Source of the DNA: Patescibacteria group bacterium
GTDB taxonomy: Bacteria > Patescibacteriota > Minisyncoccia > RBG-13-40-8-A
Length of the DNA: 56,442 nucleotides
Direction: 5' to 3'
Assembly: GCA_018897295.1 (NCBI GenBank)
Contig: JAHILA010000018.1
Location: forward strand, 1-56,442
Part shown: piece by piece, positions 18,058-28,129 of the stretch
Layout of the letters: each line of letters starts with the position of its first letter
Numbering within the stretch: the first letter of the stretch is position 1
Program-made: the position numbers and the translations under genes
Notes under the pieces: model-generated
The model's input: the letters and a program-made list of their open reading frames with translations, nothing else
The model's database searches: none
What the model was told of the DNA's origin: nothing

Positions 18058-19176
18058 TTAATTATTTTCATACGGCACAAACTGGCCGTTTTTGATGGTT
18101 TTAATAATAATTGGCTTAATCGCATCTCCATTCTGATCAAATGAAGTTGTACCACTTACTCCTGGATAATCTCGAATATTATATAGTGCATCTTTTACGC
18201 ATATAGGATTTCCGTCATGACAATTTTCCTTAATAATTTTTGCTAATATCATTATACAGTCATAAGCCTGGGCGGCAAATATGGTTGGATTCTTACCGAA
18301 TTTTTCTGTATATAAATCCCAGAACCTTGGATCAATATTTCTTCCAAAATCTGTTACAGCAAAGATAATGCCCTCTGATAAATTACCCACGGCTTCTGAG
18401 AATTTTGTATCTGTTACAAAGCCATCCTCTGCCAATATCTGGAAAGACATTCCTAATTCGTTCATCTGTTTTATAATGAGCCCTGCTTGAGGCATTAACC
18501 CTCCTATATAAATCGCCTCTGGCTTTCCCGCCTTTATTTTTATAAGTTGGGTTTTAAAATCTGTTGTATCATTACCAAATCCTTCTCTACTCAAAACATT
18601 CTTCCCCTCGTTAATAAATTTATCTGTTATTATCTTATCTCCTAATGTATAGGCGGAACTGGATTGATCATAAATTGTTGCTATAGAATTAAATTTTTGG
18701 ACCGCAAATTCGGCCAGCTTCCCGGTTTTTTGGCTCATTGTAACATGATCTCTAAAGATAAAATCGCCTGCCTGGGTTATTTCATCAGCAGCACTTCCAG
18801 GAGTTATCAAAACTATCCCTTCCTGTTCTGCTAATGGCGCAATGGCCAATGTGCTCGGAGAACAAATAGCTCCTATTACAAGTTTTGCCCCCTTCAGAGT
18901 AAGTTCACGATAACCCGACACAGCCTCTTTAGCATCACATTTCTCATCCGCAAATATTACTTCTATCTTTATTTTGCTGTTTTGATTTAATTTCTCCAAT
19001 GCCAAATTTATTGCTTGTTTTGCGTCCTCGCCTAAATTTGTAGCCTTTACGGTTAATGGCAAAATCGCGCCTATCTTAATCGTCCCCTTCGGTGCGGATT
19101 TATAAAATACTGCCACCAATACAATAACGATTATTATAATAACTATTCCTCCTATTATTTTTGTTGTTTTGTTCAC
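18058..19176 (-). CDS. ABC substrate-binding protein, LivJ/K family, paralog 6
   Basis: 372 aa. Same architecture. Confidence 0.8.
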   Translation of the reverse strand: MNKTTKIIGGIVIIIIVIVLVAVFYKSAPKGTIKIGAILPLTVKATNLGEDAKQAINLALEKLNQNSKIKIEVIFADEKCDAKEAVSGYRELTLKGAKLVIGAICSPSTLAIAPLAEQEGIVLITPGSAADEITQAGDFIFRDHVTMSQKTGKLAEFAVQKFNSIATIYDQSSSAYTLGDKIITDKFINEGKNVLSREGFGNDTTDFKTQLIKIKAGKPEAIYIGGLMPQAGLIIKQMNELGMSFQILAEDGFVTDTKFSEAVGNLSEGIIFAVTDFGRNIDPRFWDLYTEKFGKNPTIFAAQAYDCIMILAKIIKENCHDGNPICVKDALYNIRDYPGVSGTTSFDQNGDAIKPIIIKTIKNGQFVPYENN

Positions 19177-19200
19177 AAGTTTATTTTAATTAATTAATTA

Positions 19201-20073
19201 TTATTTATTATTTCTCTTAATCCCTAAAATCCCTTGATGCCTAAATAATAGGAAAATGAATAAAATTACAAAAGCGATTGCATCTTTGTAGCCGGATGGC
19301 AAAAACCAGATACCAAAGTTTTCAACCAGACCGAGCAAAAAAGAACCCAAAACCGCGCCCGGCACACTGCCAATCCCACCAATAATCGCGCCAGTAAATC
19401 CTTTAATCATTAAATTAGTTCCCATGGTCGGCTCGAGATTTTGCTCCAAGCTAACCAAAATTCCAGCAATTCCGGCAATAGCTGAACCAACAATAAAAGA
19501 ATAAGCGTAAATTTTCTCCGAAGAAATACCAACAATTTCTGCCACATCTTTATTATCAGCCACTGCTCTCATTGCTTTGCCAATTTTTGTTTTTTTCATA
19601 AAGAAGTACAACGAGATAAGCAGAACAATTGAAACCGCAATAATCACGATTTGTAATGGTGTAATAATCGCGCCTAAAAATTCCAAGCCCTTGGCGATTT
19701 TGATATAACCAATTGTCTTAACATCGGCGCCGAATAACATCAAAATCAATGACTCCAATAAAATCAAAAGCGCGAAACTGGCAATCAAAAGAATGACATT
19801 GCTGGCTTTTCTTTTGCGGAGTTTTTTATAAACAATTTTATTCATTAACCAACCCAAAATACAAGCGCAAATAATCGCCAGAATTACTGCTGGCCAAAAA
19901 CTCAAGCCCAAAGTCACAAAAAAGAAGTATAAAAAATAGGCGCTAAAAGCAATGGTTGCGCCATGGGCAAAATGAACAAACTTGCAGGTTGAGTAAATCA
20001 AAGAAAACCCGCTTGCCACCAAAGCATAAATGGCTCCAGCAATTAGACCGTTGATGAGAAGTTGAAAAAACAT
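19201..20073 (-). CDS. livH: branched-chain amino acid ABC transporter permease (LivH type)
   Basis: 290 aa polytopic protein, LivH-like (FFQLLINGLIAGAIYALVASGFSLIY). Confidence 0.8.
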   Translation of the reverse strand: MFFQLLINGLIAGAIYALVASGFSLIYSTCKFVHFAHGATIAFSAYFLYFFFVTLGLSFWPAVILAIICACILGWLMNKIVYKKLRKRKASNVILLIASFALLILLESLILMLFGADVKTIGYIKIAKGLEFLGAIITPLQIVIIAVSIVLLISLYFFMKKTKIGKAMRAVADNKDVAEIVGISSEKIYAYSFIVGSAIAGIAGILVSLEQNLEPTMGTNLMIKGFTGAIIGGIGSVPGAVLGSFLLGLVENFGIWFLPSGYKDAIAFVILFIFLLFRHQGILGIKRNNK

Positions 20074-20074
20074 T

Positions 20075-22483
20075 TTATATTACTATATTGATTAATTTAC
20101 CTTTTACGAAAATCACTTTTTTCGGCTTTTGGTCATTCAGCCAGGATTTTACTTTTTCGTTAGACAAAGCAAATTTCTTTGCTTCGTTTTCTGAAATATC
20201 GCTTTTCACTTCAATTTTGTCTCTTACTTTTCCATTAACCTGAATCACTAAATCAATTGTGTCTTTTTTAATAAGTTTCTCGTCATATTTCGGCCATTTT
20301 TCCTCAAAAATACTTTTAATTTTTGCCTGCCTGCCGGTAGGCATGGACTTTTGACTTTTAATTTTTAAATATAATTCTTCTGCAATATGCGGTGCGAACG
20401 GCGCTAAAATTTTCAGAAAATTTTCCGCATCTTCTTCGGATAAAATAGTCCACGCATTCACGAACTCCATCATTGAAGCAATTGCAGTATTGAATTTAAA
20501 ATTATTAATATCTTCCCCGACTTTCTTAATTGTGTAATTTATTTTTTGTATTAAATTTTTACTAGTAGTTTTTCCGATTTTACTCTTATCGCAAAACAAA
20601 GCCCAAACTCTGTTTAAAAATTTATATACTCCTATTATACTTTTATCGTTCCACGCTCCGCCATCTTCAAACGCAGCAATAAATAATACATACATTCTGA
20701 ATGTATCCGCCCCGTATTTTTTGACATAATCATCAGGAATTACCACATTGCCTTTTGATTTTGACATTTTACTGCCATCAGCTGCCAGAATCATTCCTTG
20801 ATGATTAAGTTTTGTGAATGGTTCGTCAAATTTTATCAATTTCTGGTCAAAAAGCGCCTTGGTAATGAACCGCGCATAAAGCAGATGCATACAAGCGTGT
20901 TCTGCTCCGCCGACGTATTGGTCAACAGGCAGCCATTTTTCAGCCAATTTCTTATCAAACGGCTCGTCTTTTAAATGCGGACTTAAATATCGAAGAAAAT
21001 ACCAAGAAGAACAAACAAATGTATCCATTGTTTCTGTGCTCCTTTTCGCACTGCCCCCACATTTGGGGCATTTTATATTTACAAATTCCTTTGAACGAGC
21101 TAATGGCGATTCGCCTTCGCTGGTTGGCTTGAAATCTTCTAAATCCGGCAGTTTAACCAGATTTTCATCTAATACCTCGCCGCATTTATCGCAATAAATA
21201 ATCGGTATTGGCGCACCCCAATATCTTTGTCTTGAAATCAGCCAGTCGCGCAAATGGTAATTAATTTTTTTCTTGCCTAATTTATTTTTATCAAGCCATT
21301 CGGTGATTTTCTCAATCGCATCTTCCGAATTTAATCCATTGAATTCTCCAGAATTTATCAATTTCCCATATTCTGTAAAAGCTCTCTTTGAAATGTCGCC
21401 ACCCGCAATAACTTCCTTGATTTCAATATTATATTTTTTGGCAAATTCATAATCTCTCTCGTCATGCGCCGGCACAAACATCACTGCTCCACCGCCATAA
21501 GTTGCAATCACATAATCGCCAATCCAAACTGGAATTTTTTCATTATTTAAAGGATTAATTGCATACGCTCCAATAAAAACTCCTGTTTTTTCTTTTTCCA
21601 AATCTGTTCTTTCTAATTCTGATTTCTTTTTACTGGCTGAAATATAATTATCAACTTCTTTTTTATGTTCGGAAGTGGTAATTTTTTGCACTAATTCGTG
21701 TTCCGGAGCCAAAACCAAAGCTGTAACTCCGAAAATCGTGTCAATTCTAGTTGTAAAGACTTCGATTTCATTGTTATTGATTTTAAATTTTATATTCGTG
21801 CCTTCTGATTTCCCAATCCAGTTTTTCTGCATCACAATTGTTCTTTCCGGCCAATTTAATTTTTTATGGTCTTCCAGTAATCTCTCTGCATAATCAGTAA
21901 TTTTAAAAAACCACTGCTTCAAATCTTTCTGGATAACTTCACTTTCACAGCGTTCGCATTTTCCGTCAATTACCTGCTCATTTGCTAAAACGGTTTTGCA
22001 TGACGGGCACCAGTTAACTGGCGCTTCGGCGCGATAAGCCAGCCCATTTTTATATAAAACTCCAAATAGCCACTGCGTCCATTTATAATATTCTGGGTCA
22101 GAGGTATTTATCTCTTTATCCCAATCAAACATTATACCCAATGATTTAAGCTGTTTTCTGCCGAAATCAATATTCTGTTTGGCGCTTTGAGCTGGATGCA
22201 CCCCTGTTTTTATAGCATAATTTTCTGCTGGCAAACCGAATGCATCTGCGCCAATCGGCTGTAAAACATTAAAACCAATCATTTTTTTGTACCTCCCGAA
22301 AACATCCGCACCAGTATAATTGTATCCATGCCCAATATGGATTTTATCGCCTGATGGATAATAAAACATCACCAAATTGTAAAATTTGGCTTTTTTCTTG
22401 TCATTTAAATCGCAAACATCAATCTTGTTTTTTCCCCAATATTTCTGCCACTTATCTTCTATTTTTTGCGGATTGTAATCCAT
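20075..22483 (-). CDS. leuS: leucine--tRNA ligase
   Basis: 802 aa. HIGH-type HIGHGYNY, KMSKSKGN, CP1 editing domain. Confidence 0.95.
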   Translation of the reverse strand: MDYNPQKIEDKWQKYWGKNKIDVCDLNDKKKAKFYNLVMFYYPSGDKIHIGHGYNYTGADVFGRYKKMIGFNVLQPIGADAFGLPAENYAIKTGVHPAQSAKQNIDFGRKQLKSLGIMFDWDKEINTSDPEYYKWTQWLFGVLYKNGLAYRAEAPVNWCPSCKTVLANEQVIDGKCERCESEVIQKDLKQWFFKITDYAERLLEDHKKLNWPERTIVMQKNWIGKSEGTNIKFKINNNEIEVFTTRIDTIFGVTALVLAPEHELVQKITTSEHKKEVDNYISASKKKSELERTDLEKEKTGVFIGAYAINPLNNEKIPVWIGDYVIATYGGGAVMFVPAHDERDYEFAKKYNIEIKEVIAGGDISKRAFTEYGKLINSGEFNGLNSEDAIEKITEWLDKNKLGKKKINYHLRDWLISRQRYWGAPIPIIYCDKCGEVLDENLVKLPDLEDFKPTSEGESPLARSKEFVNIKCPKCGGSAKRSTETMDTFVCSSWYFLRYLSPHLKDEPFDKKLAEKWLPVDQYVGGAEHACMHLLYARFITKALFDQKLIKFDEPFTKLNHQGMILAADGSKMSKSKGNVVIPDDYVKKYGADTFRMYVLFIAAFEDGGAWNDKSIIGVYKFLNRVWALFCDKSKIGKTTSKNLIQKINYTIKKVGEDINNFKFNTAIASMMEFVNAWTILSEEDAENFLKILAPFAPHIAEELYLKIKSQKSMPTGRQAKIKSIFEEKWPKYDEKLIKKDTIDLVIQVNGKVRDKIEVKSDISENEAKKFALSNEKVKSWLNDQKPKKVIFVKGKLINIVI
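20324..20346. repeat. GC-rich palindromic element, family C copy 2 (inside leuS)
   Basis: tgcctgcctgccggtaggcatgg. Encodes MPTGRQAK in leuS, in the opposite coding orientation to the topA copy (LPAGRQGK). Confidence 0.7.
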
Positions 22484-22490
22484 ATTTATA

Positions 22491-23270
22491 TTATATCAAA
22501 TTAAACAACTCTTTGGCATTTTTTGTTGTTTGCTCTGCAACTTGCTCAAAATTGATTCCTTTTATTTCAGCGATTTTTTGAGCTACATATTCAACATTTT
22601 CAGGTGTATTTCTGACTAATTCATCTTTCTTACGCAAAGGTTCAGGGATTAAATACGGCGAATCGGTCTCAATTAAAATCTTCTCCAGCGAAGTATTTTT
22701 AATCACTTTATCATAATCCCGCGCATAAGTAATCAATCCTGTAAAACTAATATAAAATCCCAGTTTTAAATACTCTTCTGCAAAAGACCACCGGCCCATA
22801 TAACAATGTAACACGCCTTTTACTCCAGGATGTTTTTTGATTATTTCCAAAATTTCCGGAAATAATCTGCGGGAATGAATAATTACTGGTTTATCTAATT
22901 CTTTTGCCAATTCTAAATGCTGAATAAAAACTTTTTGCTGTAATTTCTGGATTTTTTCATCATTCTCGCAAAAAGCATAATCAAGGCCGCACTCGCCAAT
23001 AGCAACAACCCGAGGATGCCTCGCCAACCCGCCAAAAGTTTTGACTATGTCAAAACAATCAGGCGGGCAAGCATTGTGCGGATGGATAGCAATGGCTGCA
23101 TAAACCCCTTTTTTATGTTTTTCCGCGATTTCTATTGCTTTTTGCGATGTTTCCAAATCCGCGCCAACATTAATTATCCAAATATCATTAGCCAAACAAC
23201 GACCGATGATTTCCTCTCGGTCGTCTTCAAAATCCTTAAAATTAAGATGTGCGTGCGTATCAATTAGCAT
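22491..23270 (-). CDS. tatD: TatD family metal-dependent hydrolase/DNase
   Basis: 259 aa. LIDTHAHL, GECGLDY, ETDSPYL motifs. Confidence 0.85.
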   Translation of the reverse strand: MLIDTHAHLNFKDFEDDREEIIGRCLANDIWIINVGADLETSQKAIEIAEKHKKGVYAAIAIHPHNACPPDCFDIVKTFGGLARHPRVVAIGECGLDYAFCENDEKIQKLQQKVFIQHLELAKELDKPVIIHSRRLFPEILEIIKKHPGVKGVLHCYMGRWSFAEEYLKLGFYISFTGLITYARDYDKVIKNTSLEKILIETDSPYLIPEPLRKKDELVRNTPENVEYVAQKIAEIKGINFEQVAEQTTKNAKELFNLI

Positions 23271-24712
23271 TATATTCGCGGAAAAAGAATATCCAATTTT
23301 CCGGTTTTGGAAGTCAAACTTCCTTTAATTTGTTCTTTAATTTTTTCGCTTGTTTCCGGCAAAAACGGCGCAATCAAATTAGCAATCTCGGAAAGAGCAT
23401 ATAAAAGATTAGAAAGAACTTGTTCTAATTTTTTCTTGTCAGTTTTAGCTAATTCCCATGGCTTGTTTTGTTCAATATATCTATCACAAAATCCAATTAA
23501 TTTCCAAATTCCTTCCAATGCCTCGTAAAACTTAAATTCTTCTATATTTTTCCCGTATTCTTCTTTTGTTTTTTCAATAGCTTCTTTAATCTCTTTGTCG
23601 GCTTTTGCCTCGTTGATTCCATTTTTTACTGACATGGTTAGAATTCTCGCCACTAGATTTCCCAATCCGTTTGCTAAATCAGAATTATATTTTTCAACAA
23701 ATCTTTCTTCTTTAACGTCGCCATCCTGCGTAAGCGGAAATTGTGAAAGCAAAATATATCGTGCAGCGTCAGTTCCAAATTTTTCAACTAAATTGTTCGG
23801 GTCTATGACATTGCCTAATGTTTTGCTCATTTTTTGGCCATTGATAGTAAAAAATCCGTGGATAAATTCCGTATCAGGCAAATTTTCTTCTGCTGCCAAA
23901 AGCATTGCTGGCCAAAAAATCGCGTGAAATTTCAAAATATCTTTTGCCAATAAATGAATAACCCTGCCATTTTTCCAATATTCTTTAAATTTGTCTGTGC
24001 CGTCGCCGGTATAATAATTTAAAAGCGCGTCCACCCAAACATAAACAATCTGGTTTTCATCAAACGGCAAATCTATGCCCCATTTCACTCTTTCTTTTTG
24101 CCGAGAAATTGAAAAATCCTCTAATCCTTGTTTCAATAATCCCAAAACTTCATTTTTTGCCCTTTCTGGTTCTATTTTCAATTTATCTTTTTTAATCAGT
24201 TTTTCTATTTCTCCCAAAAAATCGGTTAATTTGAAAAAAAAGTTTTTTTCTGAAATCGATTCAGGTTTTTTCTTGTGGTCAGGGCAAAGTCCGTCAATTA
24301 AATCTTTTTCGGTTAAAAATTTCTCGCAAGCTGTACAATACAATCCCTGATATTCTTTTTCATAGATACTTTTTTTATCTTTTAATTTTTCGATGAATTT
24401 TTTAACCGCTTCTTCGTGACGTTTTTCGGTTGTGCGGATAAAATAATCGTATTTTATGCCTAAATTTGTCCAAACCTTCTTAAATATCTCGCTGTTTTCA
24501 TCGCAAATCTGTTGCGGTTTTTTCCCAAGTTTTTCAGCAACTTCGGCAACCTTTGCCCCATGTTCGTCTGTGCCAGTTAGAAAGAATACATCTTTGTTTT
24601 GCGCCCGAAAAAACCGCGCCAAAACATCCGCAGCCAAGGTCGTATAAGCATGACCTATGTGCGGTTTATCATTTACGTAGTAGATTGGCGTTGTAATTAA
24701 GATTTTTTCCAT
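23270..24712 (-). CDS. metG: methionine--tRNA ligase
   Basis: 480 aa. PIYYVNDKPHIGHAY, KMSKTLGN. Confidence 0.9.
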   Translation of the reverse strand: MEKILITTPIYYVNDKPHIGHAYTTLAADVLARFFRAQNKDVFFLTGTDEHGAKVAEVAEKLGKKPQQICDENSEIFKKVWTNLGIKYDYFIRTTEKRHEEAVKKFIEKLKDKKSIYEKEYQGLYCTACEKFLTEKDLIDGLCPDHKKKPESISEKNFFFKLTDFLGEIEKLIKKDKLKIEPERAKNEVLGLLKQGLEDFSISRQKERVKWGIDLPFDENQIVYVWVDALLNYYTGDGTDKFKEYWKNGRVIHLLAKDILKFHAIFWPAMLLAAEENLPDTEFIHGFFTINGQKMSKTLGNVIDPNNLVEKFGTDAARYILLSQFPLTQDGDVKEERFVEKYNSDLANGLGNLVARILTMSVKNGINEAKADKEIKEAIEKTKEEYGKNIEEFKFYEALEGIWKLIGFCDRYIEQNKPWELAKTDKKKLEQVLSNLLYALSEIANLIAPFLPETSEKIKEQIKGSLTSKTGKLDILFPRI

Positions 24713-25350
24713 AATACTATTACAAACTCTCCCCTTGGCTCAATTTGATTAATTATTTCTGAAATCTTTCCGCGATAGGTCGTTTCAAATTTTTTGGTTA
24801 ATTCCCTGCCAACAACTATTTCAAAATCATTGATTTGGCTTAATTCGTTCAGGGTTTTCATAATTCTGTGCGGCGATTCGTATATTATCACGGGATATTT
24901 ATATTCCGCAAGCTCTTTGAAAAATTTCTGCCTGCCCTTTTTATGCGGGGGAAACCCAAGAAAAACGAATTTATCCATAGGAAATCCAGAAATGCCGGCA
25001 ATTGCAGTAATGGCACTTGGGCCGGAAATCGGGACAATCTCTGCAAAATTCTTAACTTCTTCAATTAATTTATTCCCCGGGTCCGATATGCCCGGAGTAC
25101 CGGAATCAGAAACTAAAGCCAGATTTTTGCCTTGTTTTAATAAATCAATAATATGATTCACTTTATTGATTTTGCTGTGCTGGTGGTAGCTTTCGACTTC
25201 AGTTTTAATATTGTAATGTTCCAATAATTTTCTCGTCACTCTTGTATCTTCGCATAAAATTAAATTAACCTCTTTTAAAGCCTCTAATGCGCGCAAGGTT
25301 ATATCCTTCAAATTTCCTATGGGAGTTGCAATAATGTATAATTTTGCCAT
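24697..25350 (-). CDS. rsmI: 16S rRNA (cytidine1402-2'-O)-methyltransferase
   Basis: 217 aa. LYIIATPIGNLKDITLRALE...LCEDTR...SDSGTPGISDPG. Confidence 0.85.
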   Translation of the reverse strand: MAKLYIIATPIGNLKDITLRALEALKEVNLILCEDTRVTRKLLEHYNIKTEVESYHQHSKINKVNHIIDLLKQGKNLALVSDSGTPGISDPGNKLIEEVKNFAEIVPISGPSAITAIAGISGFPMDKFVFLGFPPHKKGRQKFFKELAEYKYPVIIYESPHRIMKTLNELSQINDFEIVVGRELTKKFETTYRGKISEIINQIEPRGEFVIVLWKKS

Positions 25351-25366
25351 ATAATTATATTATAAC

Positions 25367-25852
25367 ATGATTCTTCTGCCTCATATTATTTTAGGAGCTG
25401 TAATCGGGGCCAAGACACAAAATCTTGGTTTTATTATAATTTTGGGATTTTTGAGCCATTTTATTATAGACAAAATTCCGCACTGGGATTATTCTATTAA
25501 GGGTATAAAGGATTTTCGCGAAACCAGAAATTTTAAAAAACTTGTAATCACTTTAATCAAAATTGGCATTGATGGATTGATTGGCTTGCTAATTGTATTT
25601 TTAGCTCTCTGGCAGAAAAATATGTTTGATATTAGTTATTTACCATTTATCCTTCTTGGTATTTTTGTCTCTATTTTACCGGATCTCGTGGGAATCTTAT
25701 CAGAAATTATAAGCAATAGTTTTCTGGATATATTTGCCAAATTTCATGACCTTGCTCATTTTAAAACTAAAAAGGAAGGTGAACTTACCTTCCTTGGCAT
25801 TTCTACGCAAATCGCTGTGGTTATTTTTGCTCTGGTTGTTTTCTTTCTTTAA
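25367..25852 (+). CDS. hypothetical polytopic membrane protein
   Basis: 161 aa, 4-5 predicted TM helices. No confident family assignment. Confidence 0.45.
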   Translation: MILLPHIILGAVIGAKTQNLGFIIILGFLSHFIIDKIPHWDYSIKGIKDFRETRNFKKLVITLIKIGIDGLIGLLIVFLALWQKNMFDISYLPFILLGIFVSILPDLVGILSEIISNSFLDIFAKFHDLAHFKTKKEGELTFLGISTQIAVVIFALVVFFL

Positions 25853-26861
25853 TCATATCCTTCAAAAATTCTGCAAAAACCGCGGCCAAGGGAACTGCCA
25901 GAATCATTCCAAGAATCCCACCTAATTGCCCGCCAATAAGCAAAGCCATAATTACAACTATCGGATTTAAGCCAACCACCTTGCCAATAACCAATGGGGT
26001 AATTACATAATTTTCAAGCTGTTGAATAACCACGTATAAGATAAGAACCCAAAGACCGATAATCGGCGCCTGCAAAAAACCTATTAATACTGCCGGAATG
26101 CCTGCCAGAACCGGCCCGATATAGGGAAAAATTTCTAAAACACCGGCCAAAACAGCCAATAAAAGCGCAAATTTAATATTTAAAAAGGAAAGCCCGATAT
26201 AAACTAAAATGCCGATAATCACTCCTAAAATTACCTGTCCCTGTAGCCACTTGCCGAATTTCTGCTGAGCTCTTTCCCATAAATCTAATATGCGGTCGCG
26301 ATAATGAATCGGGATAACGGCGGTCAGAGTTCTCTGGACGCCTTTTTTTAATACTGAGATATAAAAAGATATGATTAAAATCATTATAAAAGAAAACACT
26401 CCGCCAAAAATTCCGAATGCGGTTGAAAGCAGATTAGCGCTCTTTCCTTTTAGATAATCCCCTAATTCAGACAAAGAATTCTGGACACTGTTAACTATAC
26501 CCTGGTATTTCGATGAGATATCTTTTAATGAATCGAATTTATCCGATATTTTTTCGATATATTGCGGCAAAGACGAAGCAAAACTCTTAATATCGCGGGC
26601 AATGCCTGGAATTATTAGATAAACTATCAAAGCCAACATACCGACTACAACAATATAAACCAATAATGTACCGATTACCCGGGGTATTTTTATTTTCTCT
26701 AAAAAACTTACCATTGGAGCAATGGCTGATGTAATAATCAACGCAAAAAGGAAAATAATGATTACATTTTTAATCAAGTAAACAAATACCAAAAGCAAGA
26801 TTATAAATATAACCTTTAAAATGGTATTGGTAGAGATGTTTATTGTTCTTGAGTCGCTCAT
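25821..26861 (-). CDS. AI-2E family transporter (PerM-like permease)
   Basis: 346 aa, polytopic, conserved ...LEIFPYIGPVLAGIPAVL... segment. Confidence 0.8.
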   Translation of the reverse strand: MSDSRTINISTNTILKVIFIILLLVFVYLIKNVIIIFLFALIITSAIAPMVSFLEKIKIPRVIGTLLVYIVVVGMLALIVYLIIPGIARDIKSFASSLPQYIEKISDKFDSLKDISSKYQGIVNSVQNSLSELGDYLKGKSANLLSTAFGIFGGVFSFIMILIISFYISVLKKGVQRTLTAVIPIHYRDRILDLWERAQQKFGKWLQGQVILGVIIGILVYIGLSFLNIKFALLLAVLAGVLEIFPYIGPVLAGIPAVLIGFLQAPIIGLWVLILYVVIQQLENYVITPLVIGKVVGLNPIVVIMALLIGGQLGGILGMILAVPLAAVFAEFLKDMIKERKQPEQK

Positions 26862-28129
26862 AATTTTAACAGGCGCTCAAACTTGGCCTTGTCCTTAAAG
26901 GGACCAATTAATGCTAAATTTAATTTTTCCTGCTTAAAAATATCTCTTGCTACTCTCTGAATATCGTCCGCTGTTACTGCTTCTATTTTAGCAAATATCT
27001 CATCAAGAGTCAAAATTTTATTTTCCATAAGCTCTTGGTTGGCATAAAATCCGGCCTGTTCATCAGATTCTTCCATTGCTAAAATTGTTCTTCCTTTCAT
27101 AAAATCTTTGGCTTTTTTTAATTCTTCTTTGCCAATTTTTTCGTCCTTCATTAATTGATAATTTTCAAGAATTATCTTAATCGTCCTATCCACTCGATTA
27201 TTATCAGCACCAACGCGGGTATACAAACAACCAGTATCAGTAGTATTATCGGTTCCCGTTTTTACATAATAAGCCAATCCTTCTCTCTCGCGAATTTTAA
27301 TCCACAGCCGTGAACTCATATTACCTCCCAAAATTACACCCAATACACTTAAAACATATTTATCAGGGTGAAACATATCATATCCTCTGACTCCTAAAAA
27401 TAAATGGGTTTGGTCGGTCTTTTTATAATGAACTAATACTTCCGGTTTATTTTGTTTTTCAATAGTCTTCTTCTTTTGCGGAGATGAAACCATATTTATG
27501 GCTTTAAAATACTCTTTAATTTTATCTTTTATATTATGATTAATGTTTCCGGCTACGGCGATTACTGTATTATGAGATGAATAGTGGCTTTTTAAATAAT
27601 TTGTAAAATCTCTCCGGGCCATTTTTTTAATCGTTTCCTTTTCTCCAGAAATCAGCCAGCCAGCTGGCTGGTTTTTGTAAAGTAATTTATCCCATAAATC
27701 TCCGATGTACCTGCTGGGATTATCCAAATACATATTCAATTCTTCAATAATTACTCCTTTCTCGCGTTCTATTTCTTTTGGGTCGAGTTTGGAATTTAAA
27801 AATATATCCGAAACCCAATCAAGAGCCAATTCTATGTGTTTAATATCCACTTTCGCCCAATAACCTGTCATTTCTTTGTCTGTAAAAGCATTGAATTGTC
27901 CACCTACCTTATCAAGCATCTCGGCTATTACCAAAGTATTCGGCCTCTTCTTGGTTCCTTTAAAAAACATATGCTCTAAAAAATGGGAAATACCGTTGAT
28001 TTCCTTGGTTTCGTATTTCGAACCGGTTCCGACCAAAACTAAAACAGTCACTGCCTTGGTGTTTTTCATCGGAACAGCGACTAGTCTTAGTCCGTTTTTA
28101 AATGTAAATTTCTGATATGGTCTAGACAT
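26858..28129 (-). CDS. M16 family (pitrilysin-like) zinc peptidase
   Basis: 423 aa. Inverted zinc motif HFLEHMFFKGT. Confidence 0.8.
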   Translation of the reverse strand: MSRPYQKFTFKNGLRLVAVPMKNTKAVTVLVLVGTGSKYETKEINGISHFLEHMFFKGTKKRPNTLVIAEMLDKVGGQFNAFTDKEMTGYWAKVDIKHIELALDWVSDIFLNSKLDPKEIEREKGVIIEELNMYLDNPSRYIGDLWDKLLYKNQPAGWLISGEKETIKKMARRDFTNYLKSHYSSHNTVIAVAGNINHNIKDKIKEYFKAINMVSSPQKKKTIEKQNKPEVLVHYKKTDQTHLFLGVRGYDMFHPDKYVLSVLGVILGGNMSSRLWIKIREREGLAYYVKTGTDNTTDTGCLYTRVGADNNRVDRTIKIILENYQLMKDEKIGKEELKKAKDFMKGRTILAMEESDEQAGFYANQELMENKILTLDEIFAKIEAVTADDIQRVARDIFKQEKLNLALIGPFKDKAKFERLLKL

